Shown here: positions 1-9,337 of the stretch, piece after piece | How positions within the stretch are numbered: position 1 is the first letter of the stretch | How the letters are laid out: each line of letters starts with the position of its first letter | NCBI GenBank assembly: GCA_963705025.1 | Contig: CAVPIP010000002.1 | Coordinates: 237,697 to 301,696, forward strand | Direction: 5' to 3' | Length of the DNA stretch: 64,000 bases | DNA from: an uncultured Gemmatimonadaceae bacterium | GTDB lineage: Bacteria; Gemmatimonadota; Gemmatimonadetes; Gemmatimonadales; Gemmatimonadaceae | Made by a program: the position numbers and the translations under genes | The notes under the pieces: generated by a model | What the model was told of the DNA's origin: nothing | Seen by the model: the letters and a program-made list of their open reading frames with translations, nothing else | Database searches by the model: none

Positions 1-2037
1 GGCCGCCGAATTCAACCGAGGCGGTTACGACGCGGCGGACCAGCGGCTCCGTCGGATCATTGCCGAGGCATCGCCGCTCCAGCCAGCGCTCGCCGGAAAA
101 GCAATTTGGACTCGTGGGGTGATCGAGGTTCGTCGCGGCAATTTCGAATCGGCCAACCAGTTCTACCTAGCTGCCGAACCATACTTGAATCGCGCGAGGG
201 AGCCGGACAACGAAGGTGCCATCGCATATTTGATCTCTGAGAGTCTGAACTCCGCCGGTCAATATGCGGCCGGCCAAGCGCAAGCGTATCGCGGTTTGGC
301 TTTGCTCGCGCCTTATCGCCGAAATCTGACCCCCTCAACCAGCATCTGTGGACGGTTGCGAGATACGCACGCGCGGACACCTTACCGTACGCGGCGCTCG
401 CGGTGATGGACGAGCTTCTGAGCGTGGCGCTGGAGCTCGGAGGCTTGGATGCCGTCGCGCTGACCCATCAAATGCGTGCGCGCGACTTCGCGGCGATTGC
501 GCGCCCCGACTTAGCCGCCGCAGAGCTGGTAGCCGCGCGACGTGCAATCGAACCGCTCAGAGGGTATTCGAAGGAGCGATATCGCGCTTACATCGACCTA
601 GCGCAAGGTCAAATAGAGCGGATCGACGATCCCCGCGCCGCTCTACCACTTCTTGAGCGAGTCGCGAGCGACTTCCGCCGGCTTCACATCTACTCGAAGG
701 CGTCCGCAGCGCTCTACGAGACTGCGATGGCGGCGCGCGATGCAGGCGACACAGTACGCGCGCGAAGCTTGCTCGCTGAGGCGATCGTACAAATTGAGCG
801 GCAGCAGGCGACGTTCGAGTCGTCGGAGGGGCGCGCGGCGCTTTTCGAGACGGTCGACAACGCTTTCGATGCGATGATTGGGCTCGAGCTCGACGCTGGT
901 CACGCCGACTCGGCGTTCGCTGTATCTCGAGCGCGAACGCGCCGCCGCCAAGATCACGGCACAAGGCGCATCAAACGAACGCGCCGGTGAGCCCGCATCC
1001 CTGGAATCGGTCCGCGCACGGCTCCCTGCCGACATGCTGTTTGTCGAATACGCGGTGCTCAGCGACCGAACCATCGCCTGGACCGCCTCGCGTCGTGGAA
1101 TCAATCACTACGTCATTCGCGTTCCACGCGACACAATCGGACAGTTGGTGCAGCGATTCCTGAAGGAATACTCGATCCCGAAGCCGCATGAAGGGGATGC
1201 GCGATCCCGAGCTTTTTGACATTCTGGTGCGTCCGCTTTCTAACGATCTCCCCGGAGTCGCCGAGCTCACAGTGGTATCGGATCGCGAGCTCTCGCGGCT
1301 TCCGTTCGCGGCGCTCTGGGATCGTGAAGCACAGCGCTATGTCGTCGAAGGCTATCGCGTGCGCACTGAGCCGAGTGCGAGGTTTTTCGACGCAGCACGG
1401 GGAACCGCACGCGCGAGCGTCGACCGTCGAAAGGCGCTCGTCGTCGGAAATCCAGCGCTCGATGCCGCGTCACTCCTCCAACCTCTGCCAGGAGCCGAGG
1501 TCGAGGCAAAGCGAGTGGCAAGCCTCTATCGAATCTCCACGCTCTTAACGCGCCAGGCGGCCCGGCGCGACAGCGTGCTCACCTTGCTCCGAACGTCGAA
1601 CGTGTTCCATTTCGCCGGACACGCGATATTCAGCGGTGATCGTCCCGAGCTCTCATTCCTTGCATTCGCGCCGCCGCGTGTGGGACTGCAACCGGGACGC
1701 TCACGGCACGAGAAATCGCGCACTGCGACTTTCCAATCTGGAGCTGGTCGTGCTGTCGGCGTGTCAGACCCTCAGCTCTCGAAACAGCCGTACAGGTGGC
1801 GTCGCTGGTCTCGCTGCGAGCTTTCTTCGCGCGGTGCGCCCGCGATCGTCAGTACGCTTTGGGACGTGAGCGACGACGTGACTGAACCGCTCCTGACAAT
1901 GTTCCACAAACACTATGCTGCTGGCGTTCCGGCGGCGGACGCCTTCGGCAGGCGCAGCTCGAAATGTTGCAACCGCGCGTCCGGCCAACAGCGCGGCTCC
2001 GGCGATTTGGGCAGCATTCATTTATACCGGTCCTTGA
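1..2037 (+). pseudogene. TPR + CHAT (caspase-like peptidase) domain protein; 5' end outside window; frame broken about 8 times
   Basis: Protein-like translation hops between track ORFs 119..406, 403..990, 878..1219, 1188..2048, 1636..1869 and two unlisted frames, and the frame is open from base 2. The CHAT hallmarks FHFAGHA (His), LVVLSACQT (Cys) and IVSTLWDVSD lie in three different frames. The typical C-terminus AIWAAFIYTGP-stop ends at 2035-2037. The first shift coincides with a C5 run at 330-334. Confidence 0.75.
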
Positions 2038-2061
2038 GGTCGGCGTGACGGCTAGCATCTT

Positions 2062-2968
2062 GTGATGCCCGAGGTCGGTATCATCTTAATGGAGCGCATC
2101 GTGTCATTCGAGTTGCGGATCGAATTCTCCGGATTATGTCTGTTTGTCGTGAATAGCGGACCGTACGCGCGTCGGCGTCGTCATGCCAGATGCGCGCGAA
2201 AAGCCCAACATCACGACGATGCGACACGTGGACGGAACAGTCGCCGTGCCGCACGCCGGCTATCTCCGATTTGACCTCGGAGATTTCAGGGGTCCGAGCA
2301 TTCCTGGCGCAAATGGTAACAATGGCCCTCGCTATGAGATCGTCCATCGCTTCGGCCGCGAGGCGCTCGACCTCGGACTCGGTCACGAACAGTCGAAGTT
2401 GGGCGTCGATGAGCTCTTATTCCCGAACTTCAAGGCGATCGAAGGCCGACTCACGATTCTGCCGGGATTTTCGGTGAGACCCCGCCTGAGCAACTTTTAA
2501 TGCGAACGGTTCTCACTGGCGGCACCTTCACGTCGCATTCTGGGGCAGCAACTGGACCTTCCCGACTGTCGGCACAGCTGGCGGGAGCGCCATATCAGGG
2601 GCAATTCGCCAACTATGCCGTTTGGACGCGCACGATCAGAGCAGGACGCACTGACGCTGACCATGGCGCCATTCAAAAAGGGTGAGCCAACAACACTGCG
2701 AGTTGAAGCCAAAGAACGGTGTTGTTGCAACTCAAGATCGCGAATCTCTGCGCCGAAAACCCGCTCGAGTGGTGCGAGTTGAAAATCCGAACCATCGCAG
2801 GAGACGAGGACCTCGATTTCAAGTGGCTCTACCAGCCTAATGAAAAACCCGGAGTTGGCGCCGCCCGGGCTCAATGACGAGTTGCCGGTTCCGGTGCTCG
2901 ACCGTACGAGCGGCGTGGCGGGCGAGGATCGTGACTGCACGGGAGGAATGATCGATGGCGACATCTGA
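2062..2968 (+). pseudogene. uncharacterised coding region (one ~300 aa gene or two small genes) between the CHAT and S8 genes, frame-disrupted
   Basis: Several protein-like segments sit in different + frames: MERIVSFELRIEFSGLCLFVVN (ATG 2089), VGVVMPDAREKPN...GRLTILPGFSVRPRLSNF (ORF 2183..2500), APFKKGEPTTLRVEAK, VLLQLKIANLCAENPLEWCELKIRTIAGDEDLDFKWLYQPNEKPG, and NDELPVPVLDRTSGVAGEDRDCTGGMIDGDI-stop (TGA 2966-2968). I recognise no family. GC is visibly lower than the flanks. Confidence 0.4.
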
Positions 2969-4314
2969 CCCGATTCAGAGCGAACGCGTTCTCGTTTTCA
3001 GCGTCGACGCTTCGGCGGGCGGGCCGCGTCGGCTGGTGGTCTCGAGAAGCTGATGGCCTATGTCTCGGGGGCCGGTCCGCATGCCCGGCTCTCGCCGCTC
3101 GACGCTTCAGATGACGAGCCGGCCGCACGTCGCGCGACGAGCCCGACGGAAATGTCCGGCGCCTATGTGCTTGCGTGCTCACTCGAAGGCGGAGTCGCTC
3201 AGACTGGAAGAGCTGCTCCGCGCCGAGCAGCGCATTCGCGATGTTTATCGTCCACCGGCGTATCGTGCTCGGCGCACCGATCAGGGCGACCGCGGGTGCC
3301 CCGCGCGCGTTGTCCGCCGCGGTCCCGCACCGGGTCCCCCGACATAGCCAAGAAATTTGCTGAGACGGCGGCCGTCACGCAGTGGGGGTTACAACGCTGC
3401 GGCTTCTCCAAGGTTCGCCGCGATCTCGATCCAAGGGCGAGTTTGCCCCGATCGTGATGGTCGACAACGGCAGCCATTTGCGTCATCCGCAGCTCGCTGG
3501 CGTCATTCACAAGTATCGAAGTGCGAAGGAGCCTCATCAGGGTTCGATCGCCGATCATGCGAGCTCCGTCGCTGCAATCATCGGTGCCCGCCGCGGCGCG
3601 CATGGGGCGGAGAGCGGAGCGATGGAAGGCTGCTGCTCGGCCGAGATCGAGATGTACAACGTGTGGACGACGACCGATGGGCTGGACCATCATTTGTTGT
3701 ATCAAGGGGCTCATGCATGCGATCAGGCATCGGCGGCCAGTCGTCAACATGAGCATTTGGCTCGAAGACTATCGCGTCGACGAGAAGGTGGCGTCGCTGC
3801 TCGACGAGTGTGAGAGGAACAACGTCGTCGTGGTCGCCGCCATCGGAAACGCGGGACACGAATCCCGTTTCGTTCTTTCCCGCGACACACCCGACGGTCA
3901 TCGCGGTCGCCGCGACGGATCCGGGCGATCAGCGACAGGCCGATTCGAGCGTCGGCCATCACGCGTTCATCGCTGCGCCGGGGGAGAACATCTATACCGT
4001 CGTTGGCGATACGGACTACGATCGCATGACGGGGACGTCGTTCGCTGCGCCATTCGTCACGGCCGCGGTTTGGCTGGCGCGACGCAGGCGGCCGGATCTG
4101 ATTCCAGTGCAGGTTCGCTGGCTGCTCTCGCAGTCGGTGGCGAATCCTGGCGCGCCGCGCAATTCGGAGCTCGGCTTCGGGCGGCTCGACATGCAGCAAC
4201 TGGTGAAGCACATCGACGATGTGCCGTCGCCCGACAAATGCGCGCGGTTCCTCGAGGAGAGTCTTGCCCGTCGCCGGTCGCAGCGGTGTGAAACGCGAGC
4301 CGCCGCGCTAGTAG
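2955..4314 (+). pseudogene. S8 (subtilisin-like) serine peptidase, frame broken at least 6 times
   Basis: ATG 2955 is preceded by GGGAGGA (2941-2947). The subtilase boxes occur in the correct order but in three frames: Asp box VMVDNGSHLRHPQL and His box DHASSVAAIIG (ORF 3382..3813), Asn box VVVVAAIGNAG (ORF 3521..4291), Ser box MTGTSFAAPFVTAAV (ORF 3810..4412). The propeptide-like N-terminus is also split. The 3' end is uncertain: stops at 4289-4291 and TAGTAG 4309-4314 lie in the other frames, and a hairpin follows at 4326-4350. Confidence 0.75.
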
Positions 4315-4325
4315 CCGACAACAGC

Positions 4326-4350
4326 AACGTCGGCCGTTCGGCCGGACGTT
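4326..4350. terminator. GC-rich hairpin between convergent S8 and lipoprotein genes (possible bidirectional terminator)
   Basis: aacgtcggccg-tt-cggccggacgtt forms an 11-bp stem with one bulge, followed by tcg (weak U tract). The right arm is identical to that of the hairpin at 6487-6516. Confidence 0.4.
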
Positions 4351-4362
4351 TCGTACGCCGCT

Positions 4363-6325
4363 TCAGGGAAGCGTCGACGCGTCGACGACGTACAGCGCCC
4401 AATCCTGGCTGACGCCCGAGCCCAGTACGGCTTTGACCAACATGTAGAGCCGACGTCCGTCGGAACTGGGGGAAAAGGTAGAATCCGTCGACGTCGACCT
4501 GTTTGCCGCCTGAGACCATCTTGGGCAGCGAGACTTGTCCAAGTGCGTTGAGATTTGCTGAATCGAACACTTTGATCTCACCGGTGCGTGTTGCCGGGTC
4601 TACCCCGGAGAAGAACACCGACGTCGAAACCGCAAACGCGTAGATGCGTTGGCGCACTGGGTCCTCGGTGAGCATTCGCGCGCCGCCCACACTCGGCAAC
4701 CGCCCCATGTACCGCATGTCGTCCGCCGCGGACGTCGACGACCGAAAGATCGTCCCTGCTTCGGTGAGGATGTGATCACCACCCGGCGAGAACCACAGAC
4801 TGTAGCCCATCGGGAAGTCACCGTGATATGGCGAATCTCCGAGCCGGCGCGGCTTTCCTCCGGAGAGATCGAATTTCTCGAGATCGGCCGGGCTCAAGTA
4901 CCAGATGTCGTACGCGAACGTTCCGGATGGATGCAGCTTGGAGTGGGATCCGGCGTAGATCAGATCTGCGCCATTTTCTTCCGCGCCGGTCGTGAGATTG
5001 ACCGCGTGCACGTTCACCCACTGGTCGGTGCGGGGCCAGACGTACAAGTAGCCGTTCGTCGGCAGGACGACGTCGAACGCATCCGACGTGATCGGGTAGG
5101 TCTTCACGACCTGATGCGTCGAGAGATCCACGTAGGAGACCAACGCATCATGGGCCACTGCCGCGAACCGTCCGTCCGATCGGATGGCGACGCAGCAGGG
5201 GTCTTTCGGCAGAGCGATGAACCAGGAGTCGCCCGTCTCCATGTCGAACGCGTTCAGCCGGGCGGGGCTGGCGGACACGGTCACGAGCAGTCCGTTCGCC
5301 GCATTGAACTCGGCGTCGATGACGTGATGGTCGAGCAGTGACAACCCGGTGGGTGGAGCACTCGCCACGACCAGGGTCGCCACGCGGACCGACGGCGCAT
5401 CGACCGCGTTCGACGTGATCGTGAAGCCCCCGGAACTGCCCGGCGCGCCGATGGACGAGACTGAAACATGCGTGGTGTCGCCCGCCTGCAGCGTGCCGCT
5501 CGATGGCGCGACGGTCAGCCACGAGTCCTTGTTCGCCGTCTGCCACGTCAGCGGACCTTTTCCCGCGTTCGACAGGGTGAGAGTACGTACGCTCGTTCCC
5601 GGCGAGAAGACGAGTCGGCTGGCGTCGAACGCCGCGCGCGGTGCGGCGGCCACGTCCACCGCCACGCCGACCGTCAAGGTCGCCGAGGTGCCAGTATTCT
5701 TGAACAGGAGCGACCCCGTACTGGTTCCCGCGGGCAACGGGCCGCGGTTCGGCGCGAGTTTCACCGTGTTGCTTCCGCCGGTTGGGATGAATCCACTCGT
5801 CGGCGTTACCGAGAGCCACGTCGGCTGCCCCGAGACGGTCCACGATGTGGCTCCGCGCCCGGGATTGGTGAGCACAACAGCGCTAGTGTCGATCGTCGCA
5901 CCGATGCTCACATTCGGCGCGCTGACAGACAGCAGGGGATTGGGGCTGAGCGTCAGCGCAACCTGAATGCTCGCGGTCCCCCCGCTCGCCACGAGATCGA
6001 GCCGGCCGGACGTTGTTCCGGGCTCCATCGCCGGCGTTGCGGCCCCTGAGATCTTGATCGGCGTGATGCCCTGGACCACGCCGTGATCAGGCGTCACCGT
6101 CAGCCACGCGGGCTTCGCCGCGACTTGCCAATGCAAGCGACCGCCGGATGGCGTCGTCGAAAGATAGACCGTGGTGTCCGGCGCCTTGTCGGTCACCGAG
6201 ACAGTGCTTGGGGACGCGGCGATCGACGTTCCGGGCGTGTCGTCCGTTCCGGTCGAGGAGGCCTCGGTGCCGCCACAGGCTGCCAGAAGTGCAGCGGTCG
6301 CGATAGCGAAACGTGAAAGGTTCAT
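4363..6325 (-). CDS. secreted lipoprotein with three BACON-like repeats and a beta-propeller-like C-terminal region (one frameshift in a G5/C5 run)
   Basis: Lipoprotein signal MNLSRFAIATAALLAACGG. Repeats contain AWLTVTP, TWLSVTP and SWLTVAP. After VDVDGFYLFP the sensible continuation SSDGRRLYMLVKAV...YVVDASTLP-stop is in ORF 4363..4581, and deleting one G of the run 4468-4472 joins the two. The tail of track ORF 4016..6325 below 4468 is Arg/Ser nonsense. Confidence 0.75.
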
Positions 6326-6485
6326 GGAGAGAAATAATATCAGTCTTCGTGAACGTATGGTAGAGTGCCGATACTGGTCCTTGTCATATCAATCTTTAAT
6401 GGTTGATCGACTTTGTGGTCCCGCCGCACCTTCCATCCGGGTCGGGTCGCTGTCTCCGGAGCGTTTGGCCAGGCGGCCAGAAAGC

Positions 6486-6520
6486 AAAAACGTCCGGCCT
6501 TTCGGCCGGACGTTTTCTTC
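6486..6520 (-). terminator. intrinsic terminator (bidirectional shape) downstream of the TPR gene
   Basis: aaaacgtccggcc-tttc-ggccggacgtttt is a perfect GC-rich stem flanked by an A tract and a T tract. On the minus strand it is followed by TTTTTGC, about 100 nt after the stop at 6620. Confidence 0.7.
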
Positions 6521-6619
6521 GTGAACTGTAGATCCCGCCCGGAGCTGCCGTCGAGAAGCGCACGCGAGGAAGGGCTCGGGATGACCGATGCCGGTACTCA
6601 TCGTTCCGGCGTCTTCACA

Positions 6620-7600
6620 CTATCCGGCTTGGCGACCCCCTTCGCCACGAGACGCGAATTCCGCGACTCCTGCAACTCCTGGTTGAACGTCTGATGCCAG
6701 CCCACTCACGTCCACCGTCGTCGTGTCGGACTTCGCCTTCTCCTCGACACGCGCCAGGCTCACCGTCGCCTTGCTATACGTACTGTCCGCCTTCAGCGCC
6801 GAGCGAAACGCCTCTGCGGCGGCACTCGGGTGACCCGTACGTTCGAGCGCAACACCAAGGTTGTTCGCGAACGCCGGAGCTTCCGGACGGATCTCCACCG
6901 CCCGCGCCAGCGGCGGCAGCGCTTCCTCATACCGGCCCTGCTCGATCAGCAACAGGCCGAGGTTGTTCATCGACCAGCTGTCGGCCGGGTCCATCGACAG
7001 CGCGACACGGTACGACGCGATCGCCGAATCACGCTGGCCGCGCGCGCTCTCCACACGACCCATCATCCGGCGCACTTCCGCCGAGCTGGTGTCGAGCTGC
7101 ACCGCGGTGCTGATGCGGGCAAAGGCATCCTCCGGCTTGCCCTGGTCGAGCAGTACGCGGCCGAGGTTGAGCAGCGTCTTCACGTTCGTGGAGTCGAGCG
7201 CGATCGACTCCTCGAAGGCCATGTGCGCGCGATCGAGATCGCCGGACTTCCAGGCCGACAGGCCGAGCATGTAGTAGCCGAACGCGTTCTTCGGGTGCTG
7301 CTGGACGTAGTCGTCGAACGACTCCGTCGCTTCACGATAGTGATGCTTGGTGTACGCGTCCTGTGCGGACGCGAACGTCACGACCTGTTTCGGCTGGTTC
7401 GACTGCGCCACCTCGCCGCCGACCGTTGGCGGCGTGCTCGGGGTCGTGGGCTGCTGCACCGTCGGGTCGGTCTTCTTCTCGTCGCGGTCGGTGCCGCACG
7501 CGAGCGCGAAGGCGGCGACGATGATCAGGATCGACACGGTTGCCACAACGGGGCCGCGGTTCGAATGCTCGACGCGGGTAAAGCGGTCGGCGCGATACAT
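6620..7600 (-). CDS. TPR-repeat lipoprotein
   Basis: Internal ATG at 7600 is preceded by AAGGAGGAAG. Signal/lipobox VSILIIVAAFALACG. Multiple TPR-like units follow (AFGYYMLGLSAWKSGDLDRAHMAFEESIALD etc.). Confidence 0.85.
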   Translation of the reverse strand: MYRADRFTRVEHSNRGPVVATVSILIIVAAFALACGTDRDEKKTDPTVQQPTTPSTPPTVGGEVAQSNQPKQVVTFASAQDAYTKHHYREATESFDDYVQQHPKNAFGYYMLGLSAWKSGDLDRAHMAFEESIALDSTNVKTLLNLGRVLLDQGKPEDAFARISTAVQLDTSSAEVRRMMGRVESARGQRDSAIASYRVALSMDPADSWSMNNLGLLLIEQGRYEEALPPLARAVEIRPEAPAFANNLGVALERTGHPSAAAEAFRSALKADSTYSKATVSLARVEEKAKSDTTTVDVSGLASDVQPGVAGVAEFASRGEGGRQAG

Positions 7601-7668
7601 ACAACTTCCTCCTTGGAGAGGCGCTCCGGAGAGCGCGGGATTGGTGACATCGACGGACCCTGTATAGG

Positions 7669-7683
7669 GCAAGCGGATGCCCA
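7669..7683 (-). promoter_or_regulatory. candidate sigma-54 (-24/-12) promoter for the TPR gene
   Basis: The minus strand reads CTGGGCATCCGCTTGCC. TGG and TTGC fall at the canonical 1-3 / 12-15 spacing of TGGCAC-N5-TTGC. The site is ~70 nt upstream of ATG 7600 and directly downstream of the sigma-54 activator gene. Confidence 0.45.
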
Positions 7684-7770
7684 GTCCGAAGGAGGATTCG
7701 ATGCGCCGCGCTAACTACTTGTCATTCAATGAGATCAATAGTTGGGTCGACCGGGTGCGATCGGGCGCTT

Positions 7771-7819
7771 GTGTGCGCGTGGACACGCTTTTTTGGGGAC
7801 GATGTGTCCAGGTGGACAC
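7771..7819. promoter_or_regulatory. two related dyad sites (possible enhancer/UAS for the sigma-54 activator)
   Basis: GTGTCCAGGTGGACAC (7804-7819) is a perfect 7-2-7 palindrome, and GTGTGCGCGTGGACAC (7771-7786) is an imperfect copy. Their centres are 33 bp apart, and they lie ~90-150 bp upstream of the -24/-12 element. Confidence 0.4.
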
Positions 7820-7968
7820 GCCCCTCTTCACGGTCCGAGTGAGCGCGCTCAAAGGCCATCAGAAGAGAGCCGGTGCGGATCGAGGGAATTGTTCGGATGT
7901 GTCGGATCAACGTTTGATCAGGACGATCCGGTTCATCGGCTCGATCCGCACCGGTCATCTTCTTGGAA

Positions 7969-9337
7969 CTAGTGGTCGCGCGATAGCCCATGCCGGCGCA
8001 TGATCTTGAGCAAGCTCGCATGGTCCGCGAGGCCGAGCTCTTGCGCCGTCTTCGTGATGTGCCACTCGTTGCGCTCGAGCGCCGCGACCACGATCTGCCG
8101 CTCCGCCTCGGCCTTGCGCTCGAGGAACGTGCGCGCTTCGCCCGTGCGGGGCGCGACGGTCGCGCCGTCGACGATCTCCGCCGGCACCTGCTCCGCGCCG
8201 ATGACGTCGCCCTCGGCCGCGATGAGCATTCGCTCAACGACGTTGCGCAGCTCGCGGACATTGTTGCGCTTCCAGTCGTACGCCGCGAGCAGCTCGAGCG
8301 CGTCGGCGGAGATCGACTTGCGCTTCATGCCGAAGCGCTCGCAGGTCGCGACCAGCACGTGGTCCACGAGCTCCGGAAGATCCGACAGCCGGTCACGGAG
8401 CGGCGGCACGTTCAGTACGTGCACGGCGAGCCGGAACAGCAGATCCTGGCGAAAGCGTCCCGTGTGCGACGTCCTGCTCCAGATTGCGATGCGTCGCGGC
8501 GATGACGCGCGCCGGCACCGGAACTGTCTGCGTCGATCCGACGCGGACGACTTTCCGCTCCTCGAGCACGCGCAGGAGCTTCGCCTGCGCGGCGCCAGGG
8601 AGCTCCCCGATCTCGTCGAGAAAGAGCGTGCCTTTTCCGGCGGCCTCGAATGCACCCTTTCTCGTCGCGGTCGCGCCGGTGAACGCGCCGCGCTCGTGGC
8701 CGAACAGCTCACTCTCGATGAGACTTTCGGCGAGCGCGCCGCAGTTGACCGCGACGAACGGCTCGCGCGCGCGGCCGTCGCCGCTCAATCGATGGACGTC
8801 GCGCGCGACGAGCTCCTTGCCGGACCCGCTCTCGCCGACGATCAGCACCGTGCTCGGAATCGGCGCGACGCGCGCGATGGAATCCTTGAGCTTCTTCATC
8901 GCCGGACTCGTGCCACGAAGCGCGGAATCGTCAGCCGCATAGCGGCGCAGCTCGGCGACCTCGGTCAGCAATAGCCGGCGCTCGACCGCGTTCTGGACTT
9001 CGCGCGCGACTCGCTCGACCGCATCCGATTTGTCGACGAATGAATACGCGCCGAGTCGAATCGCCTGCGCGCAGCGATCGTAGTTGCCGGTGCCGGTGTA
9101 GACGACGACCGGCGTCTCGAGCCCACGCTCGCGCATCGCGCGCAGCACGGCGAAGCCGTCCTTGCCGGGCATCTCGAGGTCGAGGATCACGCAGTCGACC
9201 GACTCGCGCGCAAGCGTCGCGAGCGCGTCGTCCCCGTCGAACGATACGAGCGTCTCGAAGCCGCCGATGCGGGCGAGGTCGTAGGCGTACTGCTCGGCCA
9301 TCGCGCGCACGTCGTCGACGATCAGGACGGTGGTCAT
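7969..9337 (-). CDS. sigma-54-dependent response regulator (REC + AAA+ + Fis-type HTH), one frameshift
   Basis: REC domain MTTVLIVDD...[12 protein letters not shown]+ motifs [14 protein letters not shown] and [10 protein letters not shown]-terminal [16 protein letters not shown] 8393..9337 and ORF 7969..8712 join as [19 protein letters not shown] if one base of the CCC run 8459-8461 is removed. Confidence 0.85.

Noticed and set aside
2497-2964. Minus-strand ORF 2497..2964 (155 aa) as the gene between CHAT and S8
   Set aside because: Its translation is Ser/Arg/Pro-rich without structure-like segments. The plus strand shows several clearly protein-like stretches that are colinear with the flanking operon genes.
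4315-4412. Extension of the S8 peptidase ORF 3810..4412 across the hairpin and into the convergent lipoprotein gene
   Set aside because: The subtilase domain is complete by about 4210. The extension is Arg-rich, crosses the 4326-4350 hairpin and overlaps the lipoprotein 3' end. Stops in the other two frames at 4289-4314 are more plausible ends given the many frameshifts.
4016-4467. The C-terminal 150 aa of track ORF 4016..6325 as part of the lipoprotein
   Set aside because: After the G5/C5 run at 4468-4472 the translation turns into Arg/Ser-rich nonsense. It would overlap the convergent S8 gene, whereas the alternative frame gives a sensible beta-propeller ending and a stop at 4363.
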